From: Rhodobacter capsulatus SB 1003
GTDB taxonomy: Bacteria; Pseudomonadota; Alphaproteobacteria; Rhodobacterales; Rhodobacteraceae
NCBI RefSeq assembly: GCF_000021865.1
Contig: NC_014034.1
Location: 2,580,001-2,612,000, forward strand
DNA length: 32,000 bases
Reading direction: 5' to 3'
Every line of letters starts with the position of its first letter. The stretch's first letter is position 1. Of this stretch, positions 7,330 to 17,084 are shown piece by piece. The translations under genes and the position numbers were made by a program. The notes under the pieces are model-generated. The model was not told the DNA's origin. It did no database searches and was given only the letters and a program-made list of their open reading frames with translations.

Positions 7330-10101
7330 TCAGCCGAGCGCCTTCTCGACGAGCGCCGCAACCTCGGATGTGGTGCGCGCCAGCCGTTCGGCAAGGGCGT
7401 CCAGACTGTCTTCGCCCAGTTCGCGCAGCAAAAACGCCCGCCCGCCCTCGCCCAGCGCCTGCAGATCCAGCGGCCGGTCGGTCAAAAGCCGCCCCCCCGC
7501 CTGCAGCCGCCACAGGAAGCGATAGGCCGAGGCCAGCGTCTCGCCCTCGGCTTTCGTGACAAACCCCCGGCGCGGACCGATGCGCAGCTGCGCCTCGACC
7601 TTCCGGGCGGGCTCGCCGGCGCGCAGCGCGAAACTTTGCGCCAGCAGTTCGATGTCCTGCAGCCGCCCGGGGCCGATCTTCGCCTCCCAGGCGCCATCGG
7701 GGGCCTTGGCGGCAAAGATCCGCGCCCGCATCTCGGCCAGATCGGGCATCACCTTCGGATCGCCGCCCTTTTCGGCCAGAACGGCCAGCCGCGCCGCCTC
7801 GACATCGGCGCCAAGGCCGGCATCGCCCGCCAGCACCCGCGCCCGCGTCAGCGCCAGATGTTCCCAGGTCCAGGCCTCGGTCCGCTGATAGTCGCGGAAA
7901 CTGTCGAGCGAGACCGCCACCGGCCCGCCCCGCCCCGAAGGCCGCAGCCGCATGTCGACCTCGTAAAGCCGCCCCTCGGGCATCGGCGCGGTCAGCGCGG
8001 TGATGAAGGCCTGCGTCAGGCGGGCGAAATATTGCCGCGTCGCCAAGGGCTTCGGCCCCTCCGACTGCTCGACCCCCAGCGCGTCATAGATGATGATCAG
8101 ATCGAGATCGGAGGCCGCATTCAGCCGCTCGGCGCCCAGCGAGCCCATCCCCAGCACCACCGCCCCCCGCCCGGGTTGCGACCCATGCCGACGCGCGAAT
8201 TCCGCCACCACCTCGGGCCAGAGCCCGGTGACGGCGGTGCCCGCGATATCGGCATAAAACCGCGCCGCCTCGGCCGCGTCGATCAGCCCGCGCAGATGAT
8301 GCACGCCGACGCGAAAGCGGAATTCCTTGGCCCAGCGCCGCGCCGCATCCAGCTTTTTCTCGTAATCCGGCACCGCCGCCAGCGTCGTGCGAAAGCTCTC
8401 GGCCAGGGCCTCGGCCCCGGGCCAGGCGGCAAAGAACGACCCGCCGATCACCGCGTCGAAAACGCCCGGATTGCGGCTCAGATGCGCGGCAAGCCCGGGC
8501 GCCGTCGCGCAGATATCGACGATCAGATCGATCAGCGAGGGGTTCGCCTCGAACAGCGAAAACAGCTGCACCCCCGCAGGCAACCGCGCGAGGAAGCCGT
8601 CGAACTGGCGCAGCGCCTCCTCGGGGCTTGCCGCGCGCTCCATCCGCTTCAGGATCTCGGGCTCGATGCGCCGGAAGATCGCCTGCGCCCGGTCCGAGCG
8701 CAGCGCCGGATACCGCGTCCAGGCCCCGACGATCGCCTCGGCCTCGGGGCTCAGATCGGGCCGCGCCGCCGCCTCGGCGGGGGCAAAGAACGCCCCGGTC
8801 AGCGCCTCGACCCGGGTCAGACGGTCCTTCAGCCGCGCCGTCCAGGCGGCGGTGTCGCCCGCCCCCATCAGCCGCGCGATCCGGTCGATCCCCTCGGGCG
8901 TGGTCGGCATCAGCTGGGTCTGGGCATCGTTCACCATCTGGATGCGATGCTCGATCTCGCGGTGCTCGCGGTAGTGATCGGTCAGCTCGCAGGCGACATC
9001 GGCAGGCACCCAGCCCTTGGCGGCCAGTTTCGCAAGACCGCCAAGGGTGGTGCGGTCGCGCAGCTCGGCATCGCGCCCGCCCGCGATCAGCTGCCTTGTC
9101 TGGGTGAAGAATTCGATCTCGCGGATGCCGCCCTGACCCAGCTTCAGATTGTGCCCGGCCACTTCGATCGCGCCGCCCAGCCCCTTGTGGGCGCGAATCC
9201 GCAGCCGCATGTCATGGGCATCCTGAATCGCGGCGAAATCCAGATGCTTGCGCCAGACGAAAGGGGTCAGCGCGCGCAGGAATTTCTCGCCCGCCGCAAT
9301 GTCGCCCGCACAGGGCCGCGCCTTGATATAGGCGGCGCGTTCCCAGGTCCGCCCCTCCGCCTCGTAATAAAGCTCCGCCGCCCCCATCGAGATGCAAACG
9401 GGCGTCACCGAGGCATCGGGGCGCAGCCGCAGATCGGTGCGAAAGACATAGCCCTCGGCGGTGATGTCATTGATCAGGGCCGACATTTTCCGCGTCACCC
9501 GGATAAAGGCCGCGCGTGCCTCCATCCGGTCATCGGGGGCAAACTGGGTCTCGTCGAAAAGACAGATCAGATCGATGTCCGAGGAATAATTGAGCTCATG
9601 CGCCCCCATCTTCCCCATCGCCAAAGCCACCATGCCGCCCGCGCGGGCGGCGTCGTCCGGGCCCTTGCCGGGCAGCTTGCCCCGCCGGATCTCGTCGGCG
9701 ACAAGGCGGCGCAGCGCCAGATCGACGGCGGTATCGGCCAGCGTCGTCAGCGCCCCGGTCACCTGCTCCAGCGCCCAGACGCCCCCCAGATCGGCCAGCG
9801 CGATCAGCAGCGCCAGCCGCCGCTTCGCCCGGCGCAGCTCGGCCCCCAGCGCCTCCAGCTCGATCCCCTGCAACCGGGCGATCTCGGCGTCGAAGGCCGC
9901 CTCGACCGGGCTCGACAACGCCGCGCGCGCCCAATCCGCCTCGCGTTCCAAAAGCCCCGCCAGATAGGGCGAACAGCCCGCCGTGCCCGCGATCAACCCC
10001 CGGATTTCGGGCGGAAAATCGCCATAACGGGCAACGACATCGGCGCCACGGGCCGGATCAAGGGGAACGGGCGTGCGGGTCAGGCGGGATGCAAGGCTCA
10101 T
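7330..10101 (-). CDS. glnE: bifunctional glutamine synthetase adenylyltransferase / adenylyl-removing enzyme
   Basis: The 923-aa protein has two GlnE nucleotidyltransferase repeats (LGKMGAHELNYSSDIDLI and LGMGSLGAERLNAASDLDLIIIY), each followed by a GlnD_UR_UTase-type helical domain pattern. Confidence 0.95.
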   Translation of the reverse strand: MSLASRLTRTPVPLDPARGADVVARYGDFPPEIRGLIAGTAGCSPYLAGLLEREADWARAALSSPVEAAFDAEIARLQGIELEALGAELRRAKRRLALLIALADLGGVWALEQVTGALTTLADTAVDLALRRLVADEIRRGKLPGKGPDDAARAGGMVALAMGKMGAHELNYSSDIDLICLFDETQFAPDDRMEARAAFIRVTRKMSALINDITAEGYVFRTDLRLRPDASVTPVCISMGAAELYYEAEGRTWERAAYIKARPCAGDIAAGEKFLRALTPFVWRKHLDFAAIQDAHDMRLRIRAHKGLGGAIEVAGHNLKLGQGGIREIEFFTQTRQLIAGGRDAELRDRTTLGGLAKLAAKGWVPADVACELTDHYREHREIEHRIQMVNDAQTQLMPTTPEGIDRIARLMGAGDTAAWTARLKDRLTRVEALTGAFFAPAEAAARPDLSPEAEAIVGAWTRYPALRSDRAQAIFRRIEPEILKRMERAASPEEALRQFDGFLARLPAGVQLFSLFEANPSLIDLIVDICATAPGLAAHLSRNPGVFDAVIGGSFFAAWPGAEALAESFRTTLAAVPDYEKKLDAARRWAKEFRFRVGVHHLRGLIDAAEAARFYADIAGTAVTGLWPEVVAEFARRHGSQPGRGAVVLGMGSLGAERLNAASDLDLIIIYDALGVEQSEGPKPLATRQYFARLTQAFITALTAPMPEGRLYEVDMRLRPSGRGGPVAVSLDSFRDYQRTEAWTWEHLALTRARVLAGDAGLGADVEAARLAVLAEKGGDPKVMPDLAEMRARIFAAKAPDGAWEAKIGPGRLQDIELLAQSFALRAGEPARKVEAQLRIGPRRGFVTKAEGETLASAYRFLWRLQAGGRLLTDRPLDLQALGEGGRAFLLRELGEDSLDALAERLARTTSEVAALVEKALG

Positions 10102-10257
10102 GGCGCCAGACTAGCCGCCGCAAGCCCCGGGTCAAGGCGCGCAAATGCCCCGCCCCTGTCATCTTGGCGCGAATATCCCGGGGGGTGCGGGGGGCAGCGC
10201 CCCCGCCGGGTCGCCTCGGCGCAAGCCGAGGCGAAATCTCTCCCCGACCCCTTGCGG

Positions 10258-10281
10258 CGCAATGTAAAAATCTTTCACATC
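10258..10281. promoter_or_regulatory. repeat copy A CGCAATGTAAAAATCTTTCACATC containing the 19-bp dyad ATGTAAAAATCTTTCACAT
   Basis: 20 of 24 positions are identical to copy B, which lies 58 bp downstream. 7 of 9 dyad pairs match. It is an AT-rich island in the glnE / DUF2852 divergent intergenic region. Confidence 0.45.
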
Positions 10282-10285
10282 CCCT

Positions 10286-10315
10286 CTTGACCCGGACCCG
10301 CGCCTCCCCCACCTT
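10286..10315 (+). promoter_or_regulatory. weak candidate sigma32(RpoH)-like promoter CTTGACC - 13 nt - CCCCCACCTT
   Basis: It resembles the enterobacterial sigma32 pattern CTTGAAA-N13-15-CCCCATNT. It lies between the two repeat copies, about 45 nt upstream of the DUF2852 ATG. Only the pattern resembles a promoter. Confidence 0.25.
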
Positions 10316-10339
10316 CGCAATGTGAAAAGACTTCACATC
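10316..10339. promoter_or_regulatory. repeat copy B CGCAATGTGAAAAGACTTCACATC containing the dyad ATGTGAA-N5-TTCACAT
   Basis: It has perfect 7-bp arms (10320-10326 and 10332-10338). It ends 8 nt before the GGAGG RBS (10347-10351) of the DUF2852 gene. Confidence 0.45.
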
Positions 10340-10356
10340 AAACCCCGGAGGGTTCC

Positions 10357-10815
10357 ATGACTTATACCACCGCCGCCAGCACCACGGCCCCCGAGCGCCC
10401 CGGCACGATCGCCCGCACGCTGGCCTGGCTTGACGAGCGCGGCCCGATGAGCTGGATCGTCGTGATGATCGGCTCCTTCATCTTCGCCGGCCCGCTCGTT
10501 CTTCTTGTGCTGGGCTTCATCCTGATGACCGGCCGCTTCAGCGGCAGAACCTGCCGCGCCCGTGCCGGGTTCACCCCCCGCTTCGCGCGCGGCTATGCTT
10601 TCCACGCCATGCGCCCGACCGGCAATGCCGCCTTCGACGCCTATCGCGCCGACATGCTGGCCCGGCTCGAACGCGAACAGGAAGAATTCGAATCCTTCCT
10701 GATCCGGCTGCGCGAAGCCCGCGACAAGGCCGAATTCGACCAATACATGGAAGAACGCGCCCGCGCCGCCGCCGCGCCGCCGGTGCCTGCGGAGCCGCAA
10801 GACAGCGCGAAATGA
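10357..10815 (+). CDS. DUF2852-family small membrane protein
   Basis: The 152-aa protein has an N-terminal hydrophobic helix (MSWIVVMIGSFIFAGPLVLLVLGFILM). Its C-terminal charged helix, AFDAYRADMLARLEREQEEFESFLIRLREARDKAEFDQYM, matches my recollection of the DUF2852 consensus. GGAGG lies 5 nt upstream of the ATG. Confidence 0.75.
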   Translation: MTYTTAASTTAPERPGTIARTLAWLDERGPMSWIVVMIGSFIFAGPLVLLVLGFILMTGRFSGRTCRARAGFTPRFARGYAFHAMRPTGNAAFDAYRADMLARLEREQEEFESFLIRLREARDKAEFDQYMEERARAAAAPPVPAEPQDSAK

Positions 10816-10950
10816 CCGCCTCCGACACCCGCCCCGCCCCCCCGGGCGGGGTCATTGCCCGGCTTTCGAAGGAAATCCTTGGCGCAGCGCCCGCGCTTTG
10901 ATAGCGTGGGGCTGCGTCGATCGCCTTCGACGCGTCAGCCCCCGTCTCTC

Positions 10951-11772
10951 ATGCGCCATTCGCTTCCGCTTGCCCCGCAATTCTATGTGACCGCTCCGCA
11001 GCCCTGCCCCTATCTGGACGGGCGGTCGGAGCGCAAGCTGTTCACGGCCCTGCAGGGCGAAGGCGCCGAAAAGCTGAACAATGCGCTGTCGCGGCAGGGC
11101 TTCCGGCGTTCGCAGAACGTGCTCTACCGCCCCTCCTGCGCCGATTGCTCGGCCTGTCTTTCGGCCCGCATCCGCGTTGCCGATTTCGAGCCCACCCGGA
11201 CGCAGCGCAAGGTGCTCAACCGCAACACCCATCTCAAGCGCACCGCGACCAGCCCCTGGGCCACCGAGGAACAATTCGCCCTCTTCCGCCGCTATCTTGA
11301 CGCGCGGCATGCCGATGGCGGCATGGCCGACATGGACATTTTCGAATTCGCCGCGATGATCGAGGAAACGCCGGTCAAGACCCGCGTCATCGAATATCGC
11401 GATGGCCGGGTGGAAACCGGCCCCCGCCCGCTGACCGCCGTCTGCCTGACTGATGTGCTCGATGACGGCGTGAGCATGGTCTACAGCTTCTACGACCCCG
11501 ACCAGATCGACTTCAGCCTTGGCACGCATCTGATCCTCGATCACGTCGCCATCGCGAAACGCGCGGGCCTGCCTTACGTCTATCTGGGCTATTGGGTGCC
11601 CGGCTCGCGCAAGATGGGCTACAAGGCGAAATTCTCGGCGCTGGAAATCTTCAAGGCCGGGCGCTGGCAACCCTTGGGCGACCCCGAGGACCATTCCGGA
11701 GAGATTCACCCGCTTTCGGTCGATCCGATCGCCGAACAGGTCGCCCGAATCCAGCTGCCCGACATGCGCTAG
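10951..11772 (+). CDS. bpt: arginyl-tRNA-protein transferase family protein (bacterial Asp/Glu leucyltransferase Bpt)
   Basis: It has ATE_N/ATE_C hallmarks: [47 protein letters not shown], and [20 protein letters not shown]. The start is taken at ATG 10951 ([14 protein letters not shown]). Confidence 0.85.
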   Translation: MRHSLPLAPQFYVTAPQPCPYLDGRSERKLFTALQGEGAEKLNNALSRQGFRRSQNVLYRPSCADCSACLSARIRVADFEPTRTQRKVLNRNTHLKRTATSPWATEEQFALFRRYLDARHADGGMADMDIFEFAAMIEETPVKTRVIEYRDGRVETGPRPLTAVCLTDVLDDGVSMVYSFYDPDQIDFSLGTHLILDHVAIAKRAGLPYVYLGYWVPGSRKMGYKAKFSALEIFKAGRWQPLGDPEDHSGEIHPLSVDPIAEQVARIQLPDMR

Positions 11773-13098
<1,326 letters not shown>

Positions 13099-13116
13099 GC
13101 CCGCCTGCAACCGATC

Positions 13117-13150
13117 GGCCCCGGGGGAAACCTCGGGGCCTTTTTCTTTT
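13117..13150 (+). terminator. intrinsic terminator after the TRAP SBP gene
   Basis: A 10-bp GC stem GGCCCCGGGG/CCTCGGGGCC (one G-U pair) carries a GAAA tetraloop. It is followed by TTTTTCTTTT. Confidence 0.85.
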
Positions 13151-13194
13151 CGCCCCCTCGCCCTAGATAGGCCGAAGACAGGAAAGGAGACCCC

Positions 13195-13965
13195 ATGCCC
13201 GGCATTCTGATCACCGGCGGCGCGAAGCGGATCGGCGCCGAGATGGCACGGGGGTTCGCCGCCCGCGGCTTTCGCGTGGTGCTGCATTACAACAGCTCCT
13301 CGACCGAGGCCGAGGCGCTGGCGGGTGAGCTGAACCAGTCGGGCGAGATCTGCCGTCTGGTGCAGGCCGACCTGTCCGACGCGGCCGCGGTGCAGCGGGT
13401 CTTTGACGTGGCGCAGGGTTTTCTGGGCCGGGTCGATGTGCTTTTGAACAACGCCTCGAACTTCATGAACGACGACATCTTCAGCCTGAGCGATGCGAAG
13501 ATGGACGCGCATTTCGCGGTGAACCTGAAGGCGCCGCTGGCGCTCGCCGCACGGATGGCGGCGCAGGACAGGAGCGGCGAAGATGCGCTGATCCTGAACA
13601 TGCTCGACAACAAGGTGCTGGCGCTGAACCCGGATTTCTTCTCCTACACGCTGTCCAAGGCCGCGCTGCATGCCGCGACCGAGATGCTGGCGATGCGCTT
13701 TGGCGGTTGCCCGCGGGTCAATGGCATCGCCCCGGCGATCACGCTGATTTCCGGCAAGCAAACCCCGGAGAATTTCGAGAAATCGAGCCGCATCAACCCC
13801 TTGGGCATTCAGGTTCAACCGGCCGATCTGGTGCGCACGGCGCTTTACTTCTGGGAGGCCAAGGGCGTGACGGGCGAGGTGATCGCGGTCGATGGCGGCC
13901 AGACGCTGTGGCAGCTGCCGCGCGACGTGGCCTTTCTGGTGAAAGAGGGATATGTGCATGGCTGA
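13195..13965 (+). CDS. SDR-family oxidoreductase, pteridine reductase / FolM-like
   Basis: It shows ILITGGAKRIGAEMAR, NNAS, and a YTLSKAAL catalytic YxxxK. The PTR1/FolM-like arrangement (HYNSS...) is present. Its end overlaps a FolB-family gene. Confidence 0.8.
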   Translation: MPGILITGGAKRIGAEMARGFAARGFRVVLHYNSSSTEAEALAGELNQSGEICRLVQADLSDAAAVQRVFDVAQGFLGRVDVLLNNASNFMNDDIFSLSDAKMDAHFAVNLKAPLALAARMAAQDRSGEDALILNMLDNKVLALNPDFFSYTLSKAALHAATEMLAMRFGGCPRVNGIAPAITLISGKQTPENFEKSSRINPLGIQVQPADLVRTALYFWEAKGVTGEVIAVDGGQTLWQLPRDVAFLVKEGYVHG

Positions 13966-14293
13966 TCTGATCATCCGCCTCGAAGAGCTTGAAATCACGA
14001 TGTTTCTGGGCATCCACGACTTCGAGCGCGCGCGCATGCAGCGCGTTCTCGTCTCGGCCGAGATCACCGTGACCGGCACCGACTGGCAGGCCGGGCGCTT
14101 CTTCGATTACGACCGCGTGGCCGAGTTCATCCGCTCCTTCAACGGCAGCCGGATCGACACGCAGGAAGAACTCGTCTCGCGCATCCATGCCTTCGTGCAT
14201 GGCCTCGACGGCGTCGCCCATGCCGCGATTTCCTCGAAAAAACCCGATGTCTACCCGGATGCGAAAGCCGTGGGCGTGGTGCTGCGCGGCTGA
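13958..14293 (+). CDS. dihydroneopterin aldolase family protein (FolB or FolX-like epimerase)
   Basis: The 111-aa protein aligns by eye with E. coli FolB: LEELEITMFLGIHDFER..QRVLVSAEIT, then DYDRVAEFI, TQEELVSRI, and SSKKPDVYPDAKAVGVVL, with the Glu and Lys positions kept. GAGGGA lies 7 nt upstream of ATG 13958. ATG 13952 is an alternative start. Confidence 0.75.
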   Translation: MADLIIRLEELEITMFLGIHDFERARMQRVLVSAEITVTGTDWQAGRFFDYDRVAEFIRSFNGSRIDTQEELVSRIHAFVHGLDGVAHAAISSKKPDVYPDAKAVGVVLRG

Positions 14294-14358
14294 CCGGCCA
14301 CGTTGCGAGCCCCCGGCGTTTCTGCTAGCCTGCTGCCACGATCCCGAAAGGCCCCCCG

Positions 14359-14673
14359 ATGTTTTACGTCATCGTTCTTTACCTGCTGCTCTCGCTTGGC
14401 CTGCTGTTTGGCGCCGCGGAACTGGAACGCCGCGCCATCGTCGCGCGGCGGCGTGGCCCGAACGGCCGGGCGATGCTCTTGTCCTTGCTGATCTCGGCGG
14501 TGGGCTCGCTGGTCGTGCTGGTGATCGGCGGCTTTGCCGAGGGCTGGATCTACATCCTGCATATTCTGGGCGGCTCGATCCTTTATCACGGCATCATGGG
14601 CATCTCGCTCGTGCACGGCCTGCAAGAGGTCTCGGCCCGCACCGCCCGCGAACGCCTGCCCGCCCGCGCCTGA
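14359..14673 (+). CDS. small hypothetical membrane protein (104 aa, about 3 TM helices)
   Basis: Three hydrophobic stretches are separated by an Arg-rich loop. GC3-rich codons are consistent with a real gene. GAAAGG lies upstream. It is on the same strand as the GH3 gene and immediately upstream of it. I recognise no family. Confidence 0.5.
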   Translation: MFYVIVLYLLLSLGLLFGAAELERRAIVARRRGPNGRAMLLSLLISAVGSLVVLVIGGFAEGWIYILHILGGSILYHGIMGISLVHGLQEVSARTARERLPARA

Positions 14674-14738
14674 GCCTTTGTGCTTGCGCTACGCCCCTTC
14701 GGGAGTAATCTGACCTCAGGCAGCCAAGGGGTTGGACC

Positions 14739-17084
14739 ATGCGCAAGTCTTCGGAAGACAAGGGTTTTCTCGACGATCTTCTGAGCCGGATGAGTTTGGC
14801 CGACAAGATCGGGCAGCTGAACTTCCCCCATGCGGCGGGCCTGCCCACGACCGGCGCGGCCGAGGGGGCGGATACCGAAACGCTGATCCGCCGCGGCCAT
14901 CTGTGCGGCACTTCTGCCGGGGCGAATATCGCCGAGCGGCGGGTGCTGCAGCGCATGGCGCTTGAGGAAAGCCCGCATGGCATTCCGCTTTTCTTCGCCC
15001 GCGACTGCCTGCAACGCTATATCACCTGCGGGCCGATCCCGCTGGCGCTGTCGTGTTCCTGGGATCTCGACCTGATCTCCCGCATCGCGCAAATGACCGC
15101 GCGCGAGGCCCGGGCGGATGGCGTCTCCCTCACCTGGGCGCCGATGCTGGATATCAGCTACGACGCGCGCTGGGGCCGGATCGCCGAAGGTCATGGCGAG
15201 CTGCCGCATCTTTGCGCCGCCATCGCGCAGGCGATCGTGACGGGCTATCAGGGGGCGGATGGCGACATGGCCCGGCCCGACCGGATGATGGCGACCCTGA
15301 AGCATTTCGCGGGCTACGGCCTGTCCATCGCCGGGCGCGATTATGCGGCGGTGGAGGCGAGCCCCGCGACGCTGATGCGGATCATGGAGCCCTTCAAATC
15401 GGGCGTGGCGGCGGGGGCCGGTGCGGTGATGGTGGCCTTTTCCGCGATCAACGACATTCCCGCCACCGCGCATCGGGTGCTGTTGCAAGACATCCTGCGC
15501 GATCGGTTCGGGTTTGAGGGCATGATCGTCACCGATTTCACCGCCATCGACCCCGAGCTGATCCACCACGGCATCGCCGCCGATGCCCGCGCGGCCGCCT
15601 ATCTCGCCTTCAAGGCCGGGGTGGCCGTCGATCTGGTCTCGGGCGCCTTCCTGCATCATCTGGCGGCGCTGGTCGAGGAGGGCAGATCCGCCCCCGACGC
15701 CCGCCCCTGGGGCCCGGTGACCGAAGCCGAGATCACCGCCCGCTGCCGTCAGGTGCTGCGGGCGAAAGAACGCCTTGGCCTCTTCGCCGATCCGTTCATG
15801 GGGCTGGACGAAGATCTGCGCGCCAAGGTGGTCCGCTGCCCCGACCATATCGCCCTTGTCCGCGAAGCTGCCGCGAAGTCGCTGGTTCTGCTCAAGAATA
15901 CCGGGGTTCTGCCGCTGGCCCGAGGCAAGAAGCTGGCCCTGATCGGGCCTTTGGCCGAGGACCGGATCGACATGCAGGGCAGCTGGGCCATCGACGTGAA
16001 CCCGATGGACAGCGTGACAATTGCCGAGGGGCTGACCGCCGTCGCGGGGCCCGATACCCGGGTTCTGATCGCCAAGGGCTGTTCCATCGTCGAGGATCCG
16101 GCGCTGGCGGCGCGGCTGAATGTGCACAACCGCGCCATGCCCTCGGTGCCGCCGGAAAGCCGCAGCCTTGAGGCGATGCTGGCCGAGGCGCACACCCTTG
16201 CCGCGACAGCCGATGCGATCATCCTGGCGCTGGGCGAGGCCAAGGAACATTCCGGCGAAAGCTCGACGCGGGTTGACATCACGCTTCCCGGCGCGCAGCC
16301 AAGGCTTGTCCGCGAAATGGCGCAGGTCGCAAAAGACCGCGGCATCCCGCTGATCCTGCTGGTGATTTCCGGCCGCCCGCTGGCCCTGACCGAGGAAGCC
16401 GCGCTCTCCGATGCGCTGATCTGGACCGGCCATCCGGGCGCCGAGGGCGGCCCGGCGATTGCCGAAATCCTGTTTGGCGACCGCGCGCCGGAGGGGCGGC
16501 TTTCGATCTCGCTGCCCCGTCACGTGGGGCAATTGCCGCTCCGGATCGAGGATCTGCCCTCGGGACGGCCGCAGGACGGGATCGGCGTCGATGTCTATGG
16601 CGACAGCGAGATCGACGCGACGGGGCGGCATGTGTTTCGCAAATTCACCACCGCCTGCATTCTGGAAAGCCCGCATACGCCGCTTTACCCAGCGGGCTTC
16701 GGGCTTGGCTACACAAGCTTCGCCCATGGCCAACCACAGCTCAGCGCGACCGAGCTGCAAGGTGCCGCGGCGGTGCTCGATGTGACCCTCGACATCACCA
16801 ACACCGGCACGCGGGCGGGCACGGAAACGGTGCAGCTTTACCTGCGTGATCCGGTCGCCGAAATCTCGCGGCCGCTGCGCGAATTGAAGGGCTTCGCGCG
16901 CCTCACGCTGGCCCCGGGCGAAACCGGCACGGCGCGGTTTCAGATCACCGCGGCCGATCTTGAATATGACCGCGGCCCCGATCTGGCGCAGATGCGCCGC
17001 GACTGGGAGGGCGGCGCGTTTCGTCTCAACATCGGCCCGCATGCGCTTGACACGCAAGAGATTTCGATCCGGTGGACGAAATGA
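14739..17084 (+). CDS. glycoside hydrolase family 3 beta-glucosidase (BglX-like), no signal peptide
   Basis: The 781-aa protein has GH3 motifs: LSLADKIGQL, GRIAEGHGE, KHFAGYG, the nucleophile region GFEGMIVTDFTAI, the C-terminal alpha/beta sandwich LLKN..VLPL, and a fibronectin-like end VQLYLRD. Confidence 0.92.
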   Translation: MRKSSEDKGFLDDLLSRMSLADKIGQLNFPHAAGLPTTGAAEGADTETLIRRGHLCGTSAGANIAERRVLQRMALEESPHGIPLFFARDCLQRYITCGPIPLALSCSWDLDLISRIAQMTAREARADGVSLTWAPMLDISYDARWGRIAEGHGELPHLCAAIAQAIVTGYQGADGDMARPDRMMATLKHFAGYGLSIAGRDYAAVEASPATLMRIMEPFKSGVAAGAGAVMVAFSAINDIPATAHRVLLQDILRDRFGFEGMIVTDFTAIDPELIHHGIAADARAAAYLAFKAGVAVDLVSGAFLHHLAALVEEGRSAPDARPWGPVTEAEITARCRQVLRAKERLGLFADPFMGLDEDLRAKVVRCPDHIALVREAAAKSLVLLKNTGVLPLARGKKLALIGPLAEDRIDMQGSWAIDVNPMDSVTIAEGLTAVAGPDTRVLIAKGCSIVEDPALAARLNVHNRAMPSVPPESRSLEAMLAEAHTLAATADAIILALGEAKEHSGESSTRVDITLPGAQPRLVREMAQVAKDRGIPLILLVISGRPLALTEEAALSDALIWTGHPGAEGGPAIAEILFGDRAPEGRLSISLPRHVGQLPLRIEDLPSGRPQDGIGVDVYGDSEIDATGRHVFRKFTTACILESPHTPLYPAGFGLGYTSFAHGQPQLSATELQGAAAVLDVTLDITNTGTRAGTETVQLYLRDPVAEISRPLRELKGFARLTLAPGETGTARFQITAADLEYDRGPDLAQMRRDWEGGAFRLNIGPHALDTQEISIRWTK

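Noticed and set aside
7636-10290. An 884-aa plus-strand ORF antisense to glnE. Similar giants are 4433-6745(-), 12013-14079(-), 14586-17057(-), 16940-18274(-), 18205-20121(+), 18557-20998(-), 527-2617(+), 3087-4481(+) and 26497-27912(+).
   Set aside because: All of them overlap confidently identified genes on the opposite strand or in another frame. All have extreme Arg/Pro/Gly/Ala composition and no motifs. They are shadow ORFs caused by GC3 bias.
10058-10336. A 92-aa minus-strand ORF (MKSFHIAKVGEARV...) covering the glnE-DUF2852 intergenic region.
   Set aside because: It overlaps the glnE start, has no RBS, and is Arg/Gly/Pro-rich. Its ATG lies inside palindrome B, so it is most likely fortuitous.
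10262-10338. Reading the twin palindromes as CRP/FNR-type (TGTGA-N6-TCACA) or as PpsR/CrtJ (TGT-N12-ACA) sites.
   Set aside because: The spacing is wrong for both. The half-sites TGTGA/TCACA are separated by 7 nt rather than 6, and TGT/ACA by 11 nt rather than 12. I therefore left the cognate factor unassigned.
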